IMG/VR virus record: IMGVR_UViG_3300032605_000009
Span: 1-64,000 of that record
Origin: a virus
Direction: 5' to 3' (one strand)
DNA: 64,000 nt
The notes beneath the pieces are model-generated. The model worked only from the letters and a program-made list of their open reading frames with translations. It was not told the origin of the DNA and searched no databases. A program made the translations under genes and the position numbers. Of this stretch, positions 9,285-18,103 are shown piece by piece. How positions within the stretch are numbered: position 1 is the first letter of the stretch; the number at the start of each line of letters is the position of its first letter.

Positions 9285-10141
9285 CAGCTGGAGTAGATAT
9301 TGTAAATGTCGCCATGAAGCAGGTTAACTTCTACGGCGGAACAACTGACGCTAACCCATACGGCGACTGGTACGGAATTCCTAATGAGCCATGGTGTGCG
9401 ATGTTCGTTAGCTGGTGCTTTGCTCAAGCTAATGCTTCTCACCTAGTAGCTGCTCAGACTCCTAAAGGATTTTCCTACTGCCCTGCAGGACTTACTTGGT
9501 TCCAAAAGAATGGACAAGTAGTAGATAAGTACTCTGGTCTTCCAGGAGACCTAGTGTTCTTCTCATGGGCTGGTAACGGTGTTGCCGACCACGTAGAAAT
9601 CATTCAGGCTGCCTCTAAGGATGGGATCACAACCATCGGTGGAAACACTGGCCCTGAGCACATGACAACTGCCTCTCAGTATGACGGCCATGGTGTCTAC
9701 CAACGCCACCGTGCATACCTATACGTACTAGCTGTAGTGCGCCCTAACTACGAGGGAAGCTCTAAGCCTGCAACAGCCACAACCCAGAAGAAGACTGTAG
9801 CTGGGGGTGTAGCAGCCGCTACAGCCCTAACAGGAGGCGGCGCAGCAGCTATCCACAGCTCAACCACAGATACACCTAAGCCAACAACAACTGTCCTAGT
9901 AGCACCTCCATTCCCAGGAACCTCTGCCTTTAAGTCTGGATATAAAAACCAGGCCGCTATGATCGTAGAGAAGGCTTTAGAAAAGGCGGGATTGCTACCT
10001 AGCAACCTTGTCACAGGCACACTAACCGCAGAAGATCTGGCGCTGGTACCCGTTTACCAGAGCAAGTTCTCGGCCCTTAAAAAGGCTAAGGTCTTGGATG
10101 CGGCAACCTACGCCTCAATGATTAAGGAAGCTGGTGCGTAA
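9281..10141 (+). CDS. endolysin, CHAP domain
   Basis: NPYGDWYG..PWCAMFVSW, PGDLVFF, DHVEI, TIGGNT. Confidence 0.85.
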   Translation: MTAGVDIVNVAMKQVNFYGGTTDANPYGDWYGIPNEPWCAMFVSWCFAQANASHLVAAQTPKGFSYCPAGLTWFQKNGQVVDKYSGLPGDLVFFSWAGNGVADHVEIIQAASKDGITTIGGNTGPEHMTTASQYDGHGVYQRHRAYLYVLAVVRPNYEGSSKPATATTQKKTVAGGVAAATALTGGGAAAIHSSTTDTPKPTTTVLVAPPFPGTSAFKSGYKNQAAMIVEKALEKAGLLPSNLVTGTLTAEDLALVPVYQSKFSALKKAKVLDAATYASMIKEAGA

Positions 10142-10449
10142 TGAAGTATTTCCAACGTATGTCTGACTGGGCGGCAACAGCCTTCGGGTCCCCTTGGTTC
10201 TTGATAGTCCACATTATCTTCTGGGCCTTTTGGATGACCTTTGCGGCATTTGACCCGTACCCATTCAACCTACTCACCTTAACCGTCTCGCTTGAGTCCA
10301 TTCTCCTATCGGGATTGTTACTAAACGCCACTAACCGTTCAGGCGAAGAAGACCGTAAGATAATTGAGAAGGACCTAAAGCTGGACCACCACTCGCACAA
10401 GCTATTGACAGAGATCTGGGAGAAACTACACCATGGGGATCAAGCTTAA
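10141..10449 (+). CDS. DUF1003-like membrane protein
   Basis: FGSPWFL..H..W..FDPYPFNLLTLTVSLESI. Confidence 0.75.
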   Translation: MKYFQRMSDWAATAFGSPWFLIVHIIFWAFWMTFAAFDPYPFNLLTLTVSLESILLSGLLLNATNRSGEEDRKIIEKDLKLDHHSHKLLTEIWEKLHHGDQA

Positions 10450-10660
10450 CTTTTCAAGCCCTGCCCACGTAGCATTTGGCGGTACGGCCGCCCTGACTAC
10501 TTGGGCAGCTACTGGCTTTTCTACTCAGCCAACACATCTCGGTGCAGTTGTGGCCGCAGGCCTTGCTGGTGTAGCATCTGAGAGTAAGGATCCGTCTAAG
10601 CCTAACGTTCAGGCGGACTCTCACATCATAACGCCGTATGCAAACAACATAGAGGAGTAG
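10433..10660 (+). CDS. small membrane protein (holin candidate)
   Basis: Hydrophobic segments, located in the lysis cluster. Confidence 0.45.
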   Translation: MGIKLNFSSPAHVAFGGTAALTTWAATGFSTQPTHLGAVVAAGLAGVASESKDPSKPNVQADSHIITPYANNIEE

Positions 10661-10662
10661 AA

Positions 10663-10977
10663 ATGGCAAAGTTCACACGTTCAGAAGAAGTGCTCATTGA
10701 GCATTATGTTTACACAACCGCAACAGCTGCAGTTGTTTTGTGGCATGAAGGCCACCACAACATCCACACAGTCCTATGGGCAGCACTACTCGGAGTAATT
10801 GCTCCAGTCGTCGCAAAGCTGAACCCACGTGGCTCTGTAGCCAAGCTTGCTAAGGAAGAACACCTCAGTGCCTCAACCACAGCAGCGATTCAGACTGTGG
10901 CTGCTTCTGCAGTCGCAGATGCTCAAAAAGTAGTCGCTAAGGCTGCTATCGACGCTGCTGCAGACGTCGCTAAGTAA
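10663..10977 (+). CDS. holin candidate
   Basis: Two TM segments, LNP motif, SD GAGGAG. Confidence 0.55.
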   Translation: MAKFTRSEEVLIEHYVYTTATAAVVLWHEGHHNIHTVLWAALLGVIAPVVAKLNPRGSVAKLAKEEHLSASTTAAIQTVAASAVADAQKVVAKAAIDAAADVAK

Positions 10978-10989
10978 GTAATTACGCTG

Positions 10990-11023
10990 GGAGGTCAGGG
11001 TCACACCTGGCCTCCTTTCGTTT
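10990..11023 (+). terminator. intrinsic terminator
   Basis: GGAGGTCAGG-GTCACA-CCTGGCCTCC then TTTCGTTT. Confidence 0.75.
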
Positions 11024-11052
11024 ATACTAGTGACTTAACCAAGGAGTAATAA

Positions 11053-11238
11053 ATGAAATGTGTTAACTGTTCTAATGAGGCGATCTACTCGCTGACTGAC
11101 CCAGGAGTTAACCCTCTGGACTACTGTGGCCGTTGCCTACCTCCACACCTATCTGTGCGTGCAAATGAGGGCCGTATGCCTCTCCGCAAGATTGCTCAGC
11201 CTGCAAAGCCTAAGGCCCCAGAACCTAAGGAAGACTAA
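11053..11238 (+). CDS. small Zn-finger protein
   Basis: CxxC...YCxxC; SD AAGGAG. Confidence 0.65.
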   Translation: MKCVNCSNEAIYSLTDPGVNPLDYCGRCLPPHLSVRANEGRMPLRKIAQPAKPKAPEPKED

Positions 11239-11501
11239 TGAGAGTCGAGCGGATCAATGCCGTTCAAGCTCACTATGTCCCTAACCGCATTGTCTCTCCA
11301 AGAGGTCCGTTTCCTCCAGAGCTATTTGTAGAGCCTGAAATTGTCGACAATTACCTTCCAGCCTTTAATGAGGATGGTCAGGGTTTCGAACCTGGATCTA
11401 CCGCTCAAAATAACTTTCAACCACCACGATGGCTTCGCTGCGGCGATTGCTATGAGCGAGTCCTAGAGACTGAAACAGAAGAACACATCTGCGAGGAATA
11501 A
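11238..11501 (+). CDS. hypothetical protein with C-terminal C2HC-like motif
   Basis: TAATG coupling; CGDC..HIC. Confidence 0.65.
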   Translation: MRVERINAVQAHYVPNRIVSPRGPFPPELFVEPEIVDNYLPAFNEDGQGFEPGSTAQNNFQPPRWLRCGDCYERVLETETEEHICEE

Positions 11502-12043
11502 TGGCTGACTTTATAAGCAATGATGATGCTCAAGCATTTAGAAACGGTATGCAACCAACCAGTGCGTACGACCCTAACTTTGAGGTAATCAACACTCAGC
11601 CTATTGATGAGCAAGCAGACCTGCAAGGCGGACATGAACTACCTCAGGGTATTCACTTCTTCCAGACCTCAACTACAAACCCAGCTCGCCCTCGTACACT
11701 TCGTGCTGGTTACGACACTACAGATGAAACTATGTACGTTATCTTTAATGACGGCACATACTGGTACTACTCAGGTGTTGATCCTCAAACCTGGGATGCT
11801 TTTAAGCAGGCTGAGTCTAAGGGCCAGTTCTTAAACGAGAACGGCTTCGACGCTGGAGTTTATGACATGGGACCTGTAGACTTGTCCAAGATGTCGATCT
11901 CACGCCGTGCAGCACTTACAGCTAACCTAGAACAAGCTCGTATGTTGCAGCAGCGCTATGGCGGCAAGGGAACATATAAGCGCCTTTATGGTAAAGGCCA
12001 TGACTACCGCCTACGTGGCAGTGGAGGATTTAGAAGGAAGTAA
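11501..12043 (+). CDS. KTSC domain protein
   Basis: AGYD...MYVIFNDG..YYSGV...WDAF..AESKGQFLN. Confidence 0.8.
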   Translation: MADFISNDDAQAFRNGMQPTSAYDPNFEVINTQPIDEQADLQGGHELPQGIHFFQTSTTNPARPRTLRAGYDTTDETMYVIFNDGTYWYYSGVDPQTWDAFKQAESKGQFLNENGFDAGVYDMGPVDLSKMSISRRAALTANLEQARMLQQRYGGKGTYKRLYGKGHDYRLRGSGGFRRK

Positions 12044-12044
12044 C

Positions 12045-12362
12045 ATGGAATCAATCGGACCACTATACGTAGACCTAGTTAAGTACGGGCATCGTCGCTT
12101 CTGGCCTTTCATTGAAACTGGCTGGAGCCAAGAGATTGAAGAGCCTTATCGCAAAGGCTCATGTCTAGTATTTCGTGTACCATTTACTCGTCCAGGGTTT
12201 GCTATTGGTATCTTTACTGAGGAACTTCCAGAAGAGGAAGCCCTAACCAGAGCCATCAAATCCCACGTTCACGATGTGCCTTTAGAGGACCTTGAAGACT
12301 GGGGTAGCCCTAATAGCGGCTATGAGGGAGAATGGGTAATCAATGCTAAACCTTCTATTTAA
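12045..12362 (+). CDS. hypothetical protein
   Basis: ATG 12045 after SD AAGGAAG. Confidence 0.65.
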   Translation: MESIGPLYVDLVKYGHRRFWPFIETGWSQEIEEPYRKGSCLVFRVPFTRPGFAIGIFTEELPEEEALTRAIKSHVHDVPLEDLEDWGSPNSGYEGEWVINAKPSI

Positions 12363-12609
12363 GTGGCAAGCTAAGCGTGAGGCAAAGAAGCGCTGGGATA
12401 AGCCGTTTAGCCCTAAGATCGCTAAGCGCGTTCGCCAGATCCCTACAGCTGCTCTGCCTCAATGGGCTGATCAAGCAATCTATGAGCTTGGTAGAACTAT
12501 GTCTGCGTATGAAAGATCTAGCGACCCTCATCTCTTAGAAGAAGCTCGTCGTGGAGCTGAAGCAGTCCACGCAGTTATAGAAGCAATTCATCAACGCACT
12601 ACTATGTAG
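12343..12609 (+). CDS. hypothetical protein
   Basis: ORF track; lies upstream of terminase. Confidence 0.65.
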   Translation: MLNLLFKWQAKREAKKRWDKPFSPKIAKRVRQIPTAALPQWADQAIYELGRTMSAYERSSDPHLLEEARRGAEAVHAVIEAIHQRTTM

Positions 12610-12649
12610 CCGATTAGCAATTTGTCGACAATTGATGTAAACTAATACC

Positions 12650-12705
12650 GCCTCGTTTCCTTCTCTCCCAAGTGGCATGAGGGCCTGGGTTTAACCGCCC
12701 AGGCT
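12650..12705 (+). ncRNA. candidate small RNA with CU-rich loop and own terminator
   Basis: -10-like TAAACT at 12638; TTTCCTTCTCTCCC tract; GCCTGGG..CCCAGGC hairpin followed by T-rich run. Confidence 0.4.
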
Positions 12706-12752
12706 TCTTACTTTACTTTAGACTTTAAGTAACTGACACTGAATCGGACAAC

Positions 12753-14324
12753 ATGAGCGAATTTATAGATGAAGAAGAGTTTCTCGAGGACGATGAGATT
12801 CCCGTTGAGGAAGAGCTCGAGGAAGAGCTAGACGAACTCTCTAAGGAGTTTGTCAATAAGCTAATTGATCGAGTTATGCAATTCATGGCGGCATTCGTAG
12901 GCCATGACCTTCACCCTTACCAAGTCCCTCTGGCTAGACGTATTATTGAGTCAGTTATTATTAACGACGGCGAAGAGATAACAGCCCTAGCGGCCCGTCA
13001 GTCTGGTAAGTCAGAGACCATCGCTAATACCGTTGTTACCCTTATGGTTCTTATGCCTCGCCTAGGCAAGATGTATCCAGACCTTCTCGGCAAGTATAAA
13101 GATGGTATCTGGATCGGTATGTTTGCCCCCGTTGAGGGTCAGGTTGAAACCCTATTCGGCCGTGCCGTAAACCGCCTAACATCTGAGCATGCTAATGAGA
13201 TCCTTGCTGACACAGAGATTGACGACAGCATCAGTAAAGTGGCAGGTGTCACACGTCAGATCAAGCTTAAGAACTCTGGCTCTACTCTCACAATGATGAC
13301 CGCTAACCCACGAGCCAAGATTGAATCTAAGTCGTTCCATCTCATTGTTATTGACGAGTGCCAAGAAGCCGATGATTTCGTGGTATCTAAATCTATCTCT
13401 CCTATGTTGGCTTACTACTCAGGAACCATGGTTAAGACTGGTACGCCTACCACGTCTAAGAATAACTTCTACCGTTCTATCCAGCTTAATAAGAGACGCC
13501 AGACAGGCTCACGCGCTAGACAGAATCACTTCGAGTGGGACTGGCGAGATGTTGCTAAGTGCAACCCTAACTACGCTAAGTTCATTAAGCGTGAGATGCT
13601 TCGTATCGGCGAAGACTCTGACGAGTTCCAGATGTCGTACTGCGGCAAGTGGCTCCTAGAACGAGGCATGTTCGTTACCTCTACAGTTATGGACGAGCTT
13701 GGCGACACCTCTCAAGAGGTAGTTAAAGCCTGGCACCGTTCTCCTGTTGTAGTGGGCATTGACCCAGCCCGTAAGATGGACTCCACAGTAGTCACAGTTG
13801 TTTGGGTTGACTGGGATCGCCCTGATGAGTTCGGCCTCTACGACCACCGTATTCTTAACTGGCTTGAGATCCAAGGCGATGACTGGGAAGACCAGTACTT
13901 CCAGATCGTTAACTTCCTTTCTAACTACGACGTCCTAGCAGTAGGTGTAGATGCGAACGGTGTAGGCGATGCCGTAGCCCAGCGTCTAAAGATCCTACTT
14001 CCTAGAGCTGAGGTACATCCAGTAGGCAGCTCCCAGCAGGAGCAATCCAAGCGTTGGAAGCACCTAAAGCAGCTTATAGATAGACGCTTAGTAGGTTGGC
14101 CTTCTCACGCAAAGACTCGTCGTCTACGTACCTGGAAGCGCTTTTACCAGCAGATGACAGACCTAGAGGTTAAGTTCAATGGCCCTAACTTCTCTGCCGC
14201 TGCCCCAGATGAGGCTCACGCCCATGACGACTTTGCTGACTCTTTGGCTATTGCCTGCTCTCTAACTATGGAATTAGCTATGCCTTCAGTAGAGGTAAGC
14301 TCGAATCTATTTTTTAGTAGATAA
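12753..14324 (+). CDS. terL: terminase large subunit
   Basis: Walker A ARQSGKS, Walker B IVIDE, GTP motif, nuclease GIDPA and HDDFADS. Confidence 0.95.
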   Translation: MSEFIDEEEFLEDDEIPVEEELEEELDELSKEFVNKLIDRVMQFMAAFVGHDLHPYQVPLARRIIESVIINDGEEITALAARQSGKSETIANTVVTLMVLMPRLGKMYPDLLGKYKDGIWIGMFAPVEGQVETLFGRAVNRLTSEHANEILADTEIDDSISKVAGVTRQIKLKNSGSTLTMMTANPRAKIESKSFHLIVIDECQEADDFVVSKSISPMLAYYSGTMVKTGTPTTSKNNFYRSIQLNKRRQTGSRARQNHFEWDWRDVAKCNPNYAKFIKREMLRIGEDSDEFQMSYCGKWLLERGMFVTSTVMDELGDTSQEVVKAWHRSPVVVGIDPARKMDSTVVTVVWVDWDRPDEFGLYDHRILNWLEIQGDDWEDQYFQIVNFLSNYDVLAVGVDANGVGDAVAQRLKILLPRAEVHPVGSSQQEQSKRWKHLKQLIDRRLVGWPSHAKTRRLRTWKRFYQQMTDLEVKFNGPNFSAAAPDEAHAHDDFADSLAIACSLTMELAMPSVEVSSNLFFSR

Positions 14325-14327
14325 GCC

Positions 14328-14363
14328 GTTTAGCCTTACTTACACCTCTTTCTGTAGCACACT
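14328..14363 (+). promoter_or_regulatory. GTTTAGSCT...CANANT promoter-like element
   Basis: Same motif and 29-30 bp spacing also found at 17154 and 62950. Confidence 0.45.
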
Positions 14364-14403
14364 TTAACTGAGGTCCTCAAACCCATATTTCAAGGAGTCA
14401 TAT

Positions 14404-14802
14404 ATGACAATCGCACCAGATCCAAAGTTCCCAGAGAACTCTCCAATCGTTTACGATCGTAAAGTTTCTCCAGCTCTTCCAGGTCAACGCGGCCCACTTC
14501 GCTTCGAAGAAGGCCTAGCTACAGACACCGATATCCCTAACGAATTCTCAAAGGGTGCTGCCCAGGGTTACACAGCTGCTCCAGGTCGCCCAAACCGCAA
14601 CGTCAACGTATTTGAGAAGTTCCCAGAAGAGACAATGCGTGAGCGTGCTCACGTTGGCTCAGCTGCATGGGTTGAAGCTCCTAACACACTTCAGGAGTTC
14701 TCAAACGGTGCTTTCGCTGATCATGGCGATAACCGCATCGAAGAGGTTATGCGTAACGGTTCACATCAGCAACGCCTTAACCCTGCTGTAGTTAACGACT
14801 AA
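14404..14802 (+). CDS. conserved hypothetical head-region protein
   Basis: SD AAGGAG; highly biased codons. Confidence 0.75.
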   Translation: MTIAPDPKFPENSPIVYDRKVSPALPGQRGPLRFEEGLATDTDIPNEFSKGAAQGYTAAPGRPNRNVNVFEKFPEETMRERAHVGSAAWVEAPNTLQEFSNGAFADHGDNRIEEVMRNGSHQQRLNPAVVND

Positions 14803-14874
14803 TCAAATAAGTTTCTTGCCCTCCGTATTCAGGTGACATGGCTGGCGGGGGCAAGAACCTATTAAAGGACAAAC

Positions 14875-15183
14875 ATGGCTCTGATTCAAGGACAAGAAGC
14901 TAAGGAAGCACCTAAGCAATACCCTGCTAATCCTAAGCTCTGGAACATGCTTACAACTCAAGCACGCTCCAAGTTCCGCGCCTACCCATCTCCAGCTGCA
15001 GCGCACTGGGTTCACAGTCGTTATCAGCAACTTGGCGGCAAGTTCGTCGATTCCAAGAAGCAGGTCGATCCAAAGATGCGCGACTACGCTCAAGAGCGTA
15101 AAGATAAGATCGAAGAGAAGCAAAAGAAGAAAGTAACTAAGCCTGTGGGTAAGAACCTTATCTATGGCGAGCGATATAGATAA
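14875..15183 (+). CDS. basic hypothetical protein
   Basis: SD AAGGA; YPSPAAAHWV..GGKF. Confidence 0.7.
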   Translation: MALIQGQEAKEAPKQYPANPKLWNMLTTQARSKFRAYPSPAAAHWVHSRYQQLGGKFVDSKKQVDPKMRDYAQERKDKIEEKQKKKVTKPVGKNLIYGERYR

Positions 15184-15241
15184 TAACTAGCTTAGTGTGT
15201 TACCATATGTCGACAAATAGATTTATTGAGAGGAAGTGTAA

Positions 15242-15433
15242 GTGCCAGCACTAAGTAGCAAGCGCACAGCTCCTCTCCTAGTGGACGCTGGCCTTGTGTT
15301 TGGCCGACTCACAGCCACCGCAGCTCTTTACCCATTTACTGAAGACATGAAAAGCATGGTTGCTACCGCCGTACGAGCACCACGTACAGCCCAGGCTCTG
15401 CCTGTTACGGACGGAAAGGAGGTGAGCGCATAA
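15242..15433 (+). pseudogene. probable internally deleted homing-endonuclease remnant
   Basis: Own promoter and SD; GLVFGRLT resembles the GxxFGRLTV N-terminal motif of phage HNH/AP2 endonucleases; no catalytic motif remains. Confidence 0.4.
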
Positions 15434-17149
15434 TGTCAATTGATTTTTCACCACCATCCTACCGCGCAGCATCGTCGGATTTAACAATATCAATCAGCCC
15501 CCTAGGCCTAGTAGAACTCGCAGACGAAGAGTTCGAGGTGCACGGGCCACGCTTGAATAGATACTCGTTAAATTGGGCGATGTATTAGTTACCTAGGTCA
15601 TCACTGGTCGTACCGCCGTCAAACAGGCGAAGCCCAAATGGCACTCAACTATTTTCGTGCCTTCTCAGATTTCATCATTAACTTCACCTTTGGCAAGGGC
15701 GTTAACTTCCGCTCACCTAAGGAAACAGAAGCTATTGTCCCAGACCTTCTAGAGCGTGTATGGGAAGTAGATAACAACAAAGCTACAGTTCTTTGGGAAA
15801 TCGGCCAACAAGGCGGAGTATCTGGAGACTGCTTTATCAAGGTAGCTTACGAAGAAGCATTCGTGGATACCGCAGGCCGCGCTCACCCAGGCCGTGTACG
15901 TATCCTGCCACTTAACGCATCATTCTCTTTCCCAGAGTTCCACCCACATGATCGCGAGCGCCTCATCCGTTTCAAGTTGAAGTACCGCTTCTGGGGCACA
16001 TCACTTGAAGGCACACGTCAAGTATTCACTTACACTGAAATCTTGACAGACGACACGATTGAGGAATACATCAATGACGAGCTCATTGACTCGCGCCCAA
16101 ACCCACTGGGCACTATACCCGTTATACATATTCCTAACATTCGTATTTCTGGTTCTCCTTGGGGTCTCTCAGACTGTGATCAGATTATCAGCATTAACCG
16201 TACGTATAACGAAACGGCGACAGACATTGCGGACATCGTTAACTACCACGCAGCGCCAGTTACAGTTATTATCGGCGCTAAGGCGGCGCAGCTAGAAAAA
16301 GGCGCCAACAAGGTATGGGGTGGCTTGCCTAAGGATGCTCGTGTAGAAAACCTTGAAGGCGGCGGCTCTGGCCTAAAGCTTGGTCTTGAGTTCCTTGAGC
16401 TAATGAAGAAGGCCATGCACGAAATGGTCGGCGTACCTGAGACTGCTCTTGGTCAGGCTATGCCAGTATCTAACACATCAGGTGTTGCTCTTAGCATTAT
16501 GTTCCAGCCTCTTATGGCTCGTTACCACCAAAAGATTATTCAATACGCTCACGGCCTAGAGCGCGTCAATGAGCTTATCCTTCTTAACCTTGCTGTTAAG
16601 GAGCCTGAGGTATTTACCTGGGATCCTAACTCAAGCACAACGCCTCTAAAGCCTGGTCAGCTTTCACAGCTAGATCCTAATGACCCTATTACTTTCCGCT
16701 CTTATGTTCACTTCCCACCTCCGCTACCACTAGACAAGCTCATCGTTCTGAACGAGATTCAGACCAAGATGTCCCTTGGCTTGGAGTCAAAGGAAGGCGC
16801 TTTGCGCCTATTGGGCGAAGAGTTCCCTGCTGAGAAGCTCACCGAGATCCGTCAAGAACTCATGGATGACGCTAAGGCTGATGGTGCTCTTAAGCTCCTA
16901 CAGACCGAAATCAACAATGAAATTGCTTCCCTTACAGGAATGCTCCCTGCAGAAGGTGGTATGGCTGAGCCTCTACCTACTGGTCCAGAAGGAGAACCTG
17001 CAGTCCCTCAAGGCGGACCAACTCCGATCCTTGATGAGGCAACCATGCTGAACACAGCAGGTGAGGCGGCTCTACGTAACCGCCTAGTTACAGAAGCTTA
17101 CGGCACCCAGATCCCACAGAGAAGGACGCCGCAAGACTACGAGAAGTAA
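15433..17149 (+). CDS. portal protein (SPP1 gp6-like), interrupted by a 7-nt coding gap at 15586..15592
   Basis: Near-perfect SD AAGGAGGTGA before ATG 15433; 51 codons then TAG; the +1 frame resumes YLGHHW.. into the 15638..17149 portal ORF (IPVIHIPN, SGVALSI); located between terminase and scaffold. Confidence 0.85.
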
Positions 17150-17153
17150 TGCA

Positions 17154-17188
17154 GTTTAGCCTGTATTTCTTTCTATGTAGGGCAAAAT
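17154..17188 (+). promoter_or_regulatory. GTTTAGSCT...CANANT promoter-like element
   Basis: GTTTAGCCT at 17154, CAAAAT at 17183, upstream of scaffold/capsid. Confidence 0.45.
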
Positions 17189-17269
17189 TAAATATACAAC
17201 TAACGGTAGGTCATACGTGATACGGGCTTCGGCTCATTTGGAAAACGACCCAGAGGATAAGGACATATT

Positions 17270-18067
17270 ATGTCAGAAACAGCAGAAGTTATGGCGGATG
17301 CCTTCGCGGCTGAAGCTAACACAGTTCCAGTAGTAAATGTGTCTGGCGTTGATGCGCAGACTGCTACGGAATCTCCTGAAGCACGTCCTGGTAAGACTCA
17401 GAAGTTTTATACTGAAGATGATCTAGCCAAGGTTCGAGCCCAGGAAAAGAACAAGCTCTATCCTGAACTTGAGAGCCTACGAGGAGAAGTCCTTGAGCTC
17501 AAAAAAGAGAAGGAAGCTAAGGATGCTGCTAAAGCTCAGCAACGCGCTGAAGAGGAAGCAGCTCTACGAGCTAAGCAAGAAGACGAGCTATCAGCTAAAG
17601 ATCTTCTTAAGCTTAAAGAGCAAGAATGGAAAGAGCAGCTTGAGCATGAGCGTCAAGAACGCGAACGCGCTATCGCTCTTCTGGAACAAGAAAAGGCTTT
17701 TGCCGATCTACAGCAATACCGCCAACAGCGTTTAGAGCAAGAACGAGACAACATCGTCCCTGAACTGCTCGACCTGGTACACGGCAACTCTCGTGAAGAG
17801 TTGGATGCAAGTCTTAATGATTTGCAACAACGCTCTGCGAAGATCCTAGAGTCTGCTCAGCAGGCACTAGTTAACGCTCGTAAAGAAATGCCAGGAACAA
17901 GGGCAACCTTGCCTCCTGCTGGACCACTGGAAACTAATTCGGAACAACGTCAGTTTACGGCAGATGAGATCGCTTCTATGCCAATGAACGAATACGCTAA
18001 ATACAGAAGTCGCCTATTGAGTGATAGAGCTCAGGGTAAGACATCGGGAATGTTCGGCTCAAAGTAA
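17270..18067 (+). CDS. capsid scaffolding protein
   Basis: Charged coiled coil immediately upstream of the capsid gene. Confidence 0.8.
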   Translation: MSETAEVMADAFAAEANTVPVVNVSGVDAQTATESPEARPGKTQKFYTEDDLAKVRAQEKNKLYPELESLRGEVLELKKEKEAKDAAKAQQRAEEEAALRAKQEDELSAKDLLKLKEQEWKEQLEHERQERERAIALLEQEKAFADLQQYRQQRLEQERDNIVPELLDLVHGNSREELDASLNDLQQRSAKILESAQQALVNARKEMPGTRATLPPAGPLETNSEQRQFTADEIASMPMNEYAKYRSRLLSDRAQGKTSGMFGSK

Positions 18068-18103
18068 CCCTAACCTCAACTCTATAGAAAAGGAACCATC
18101 TAA

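Noticed and set aside
12397-14335. Exact 16-bp direct repeat GATAAGCCGTTTAGCC flanking terminase (12397 and 14320)
   Set aside because: Roughly one 16-mer repeat is expected by chance in 64 kb, one copy is protein-coding, and there is no recombinase nearby. Noted only because it contains the GTTTAGCC motif.
15582-15588. GTATTAG read as a GT..AG micro-intron, or the gap as a group I intron
   Set aside because: Bacteria have no spliceosome and 7 nt cannot form a ribozyme; most likely coincidence. RT-PCR would exclude it formally.
15586-15681. TAG read-through or stop-codon reassignment as the explanation for the portal break
   Set aside because: Read-through stays in the wrong frame and stops at TAA near 15680. 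TAG also ends many ordinary genes here, including the capsid gene.
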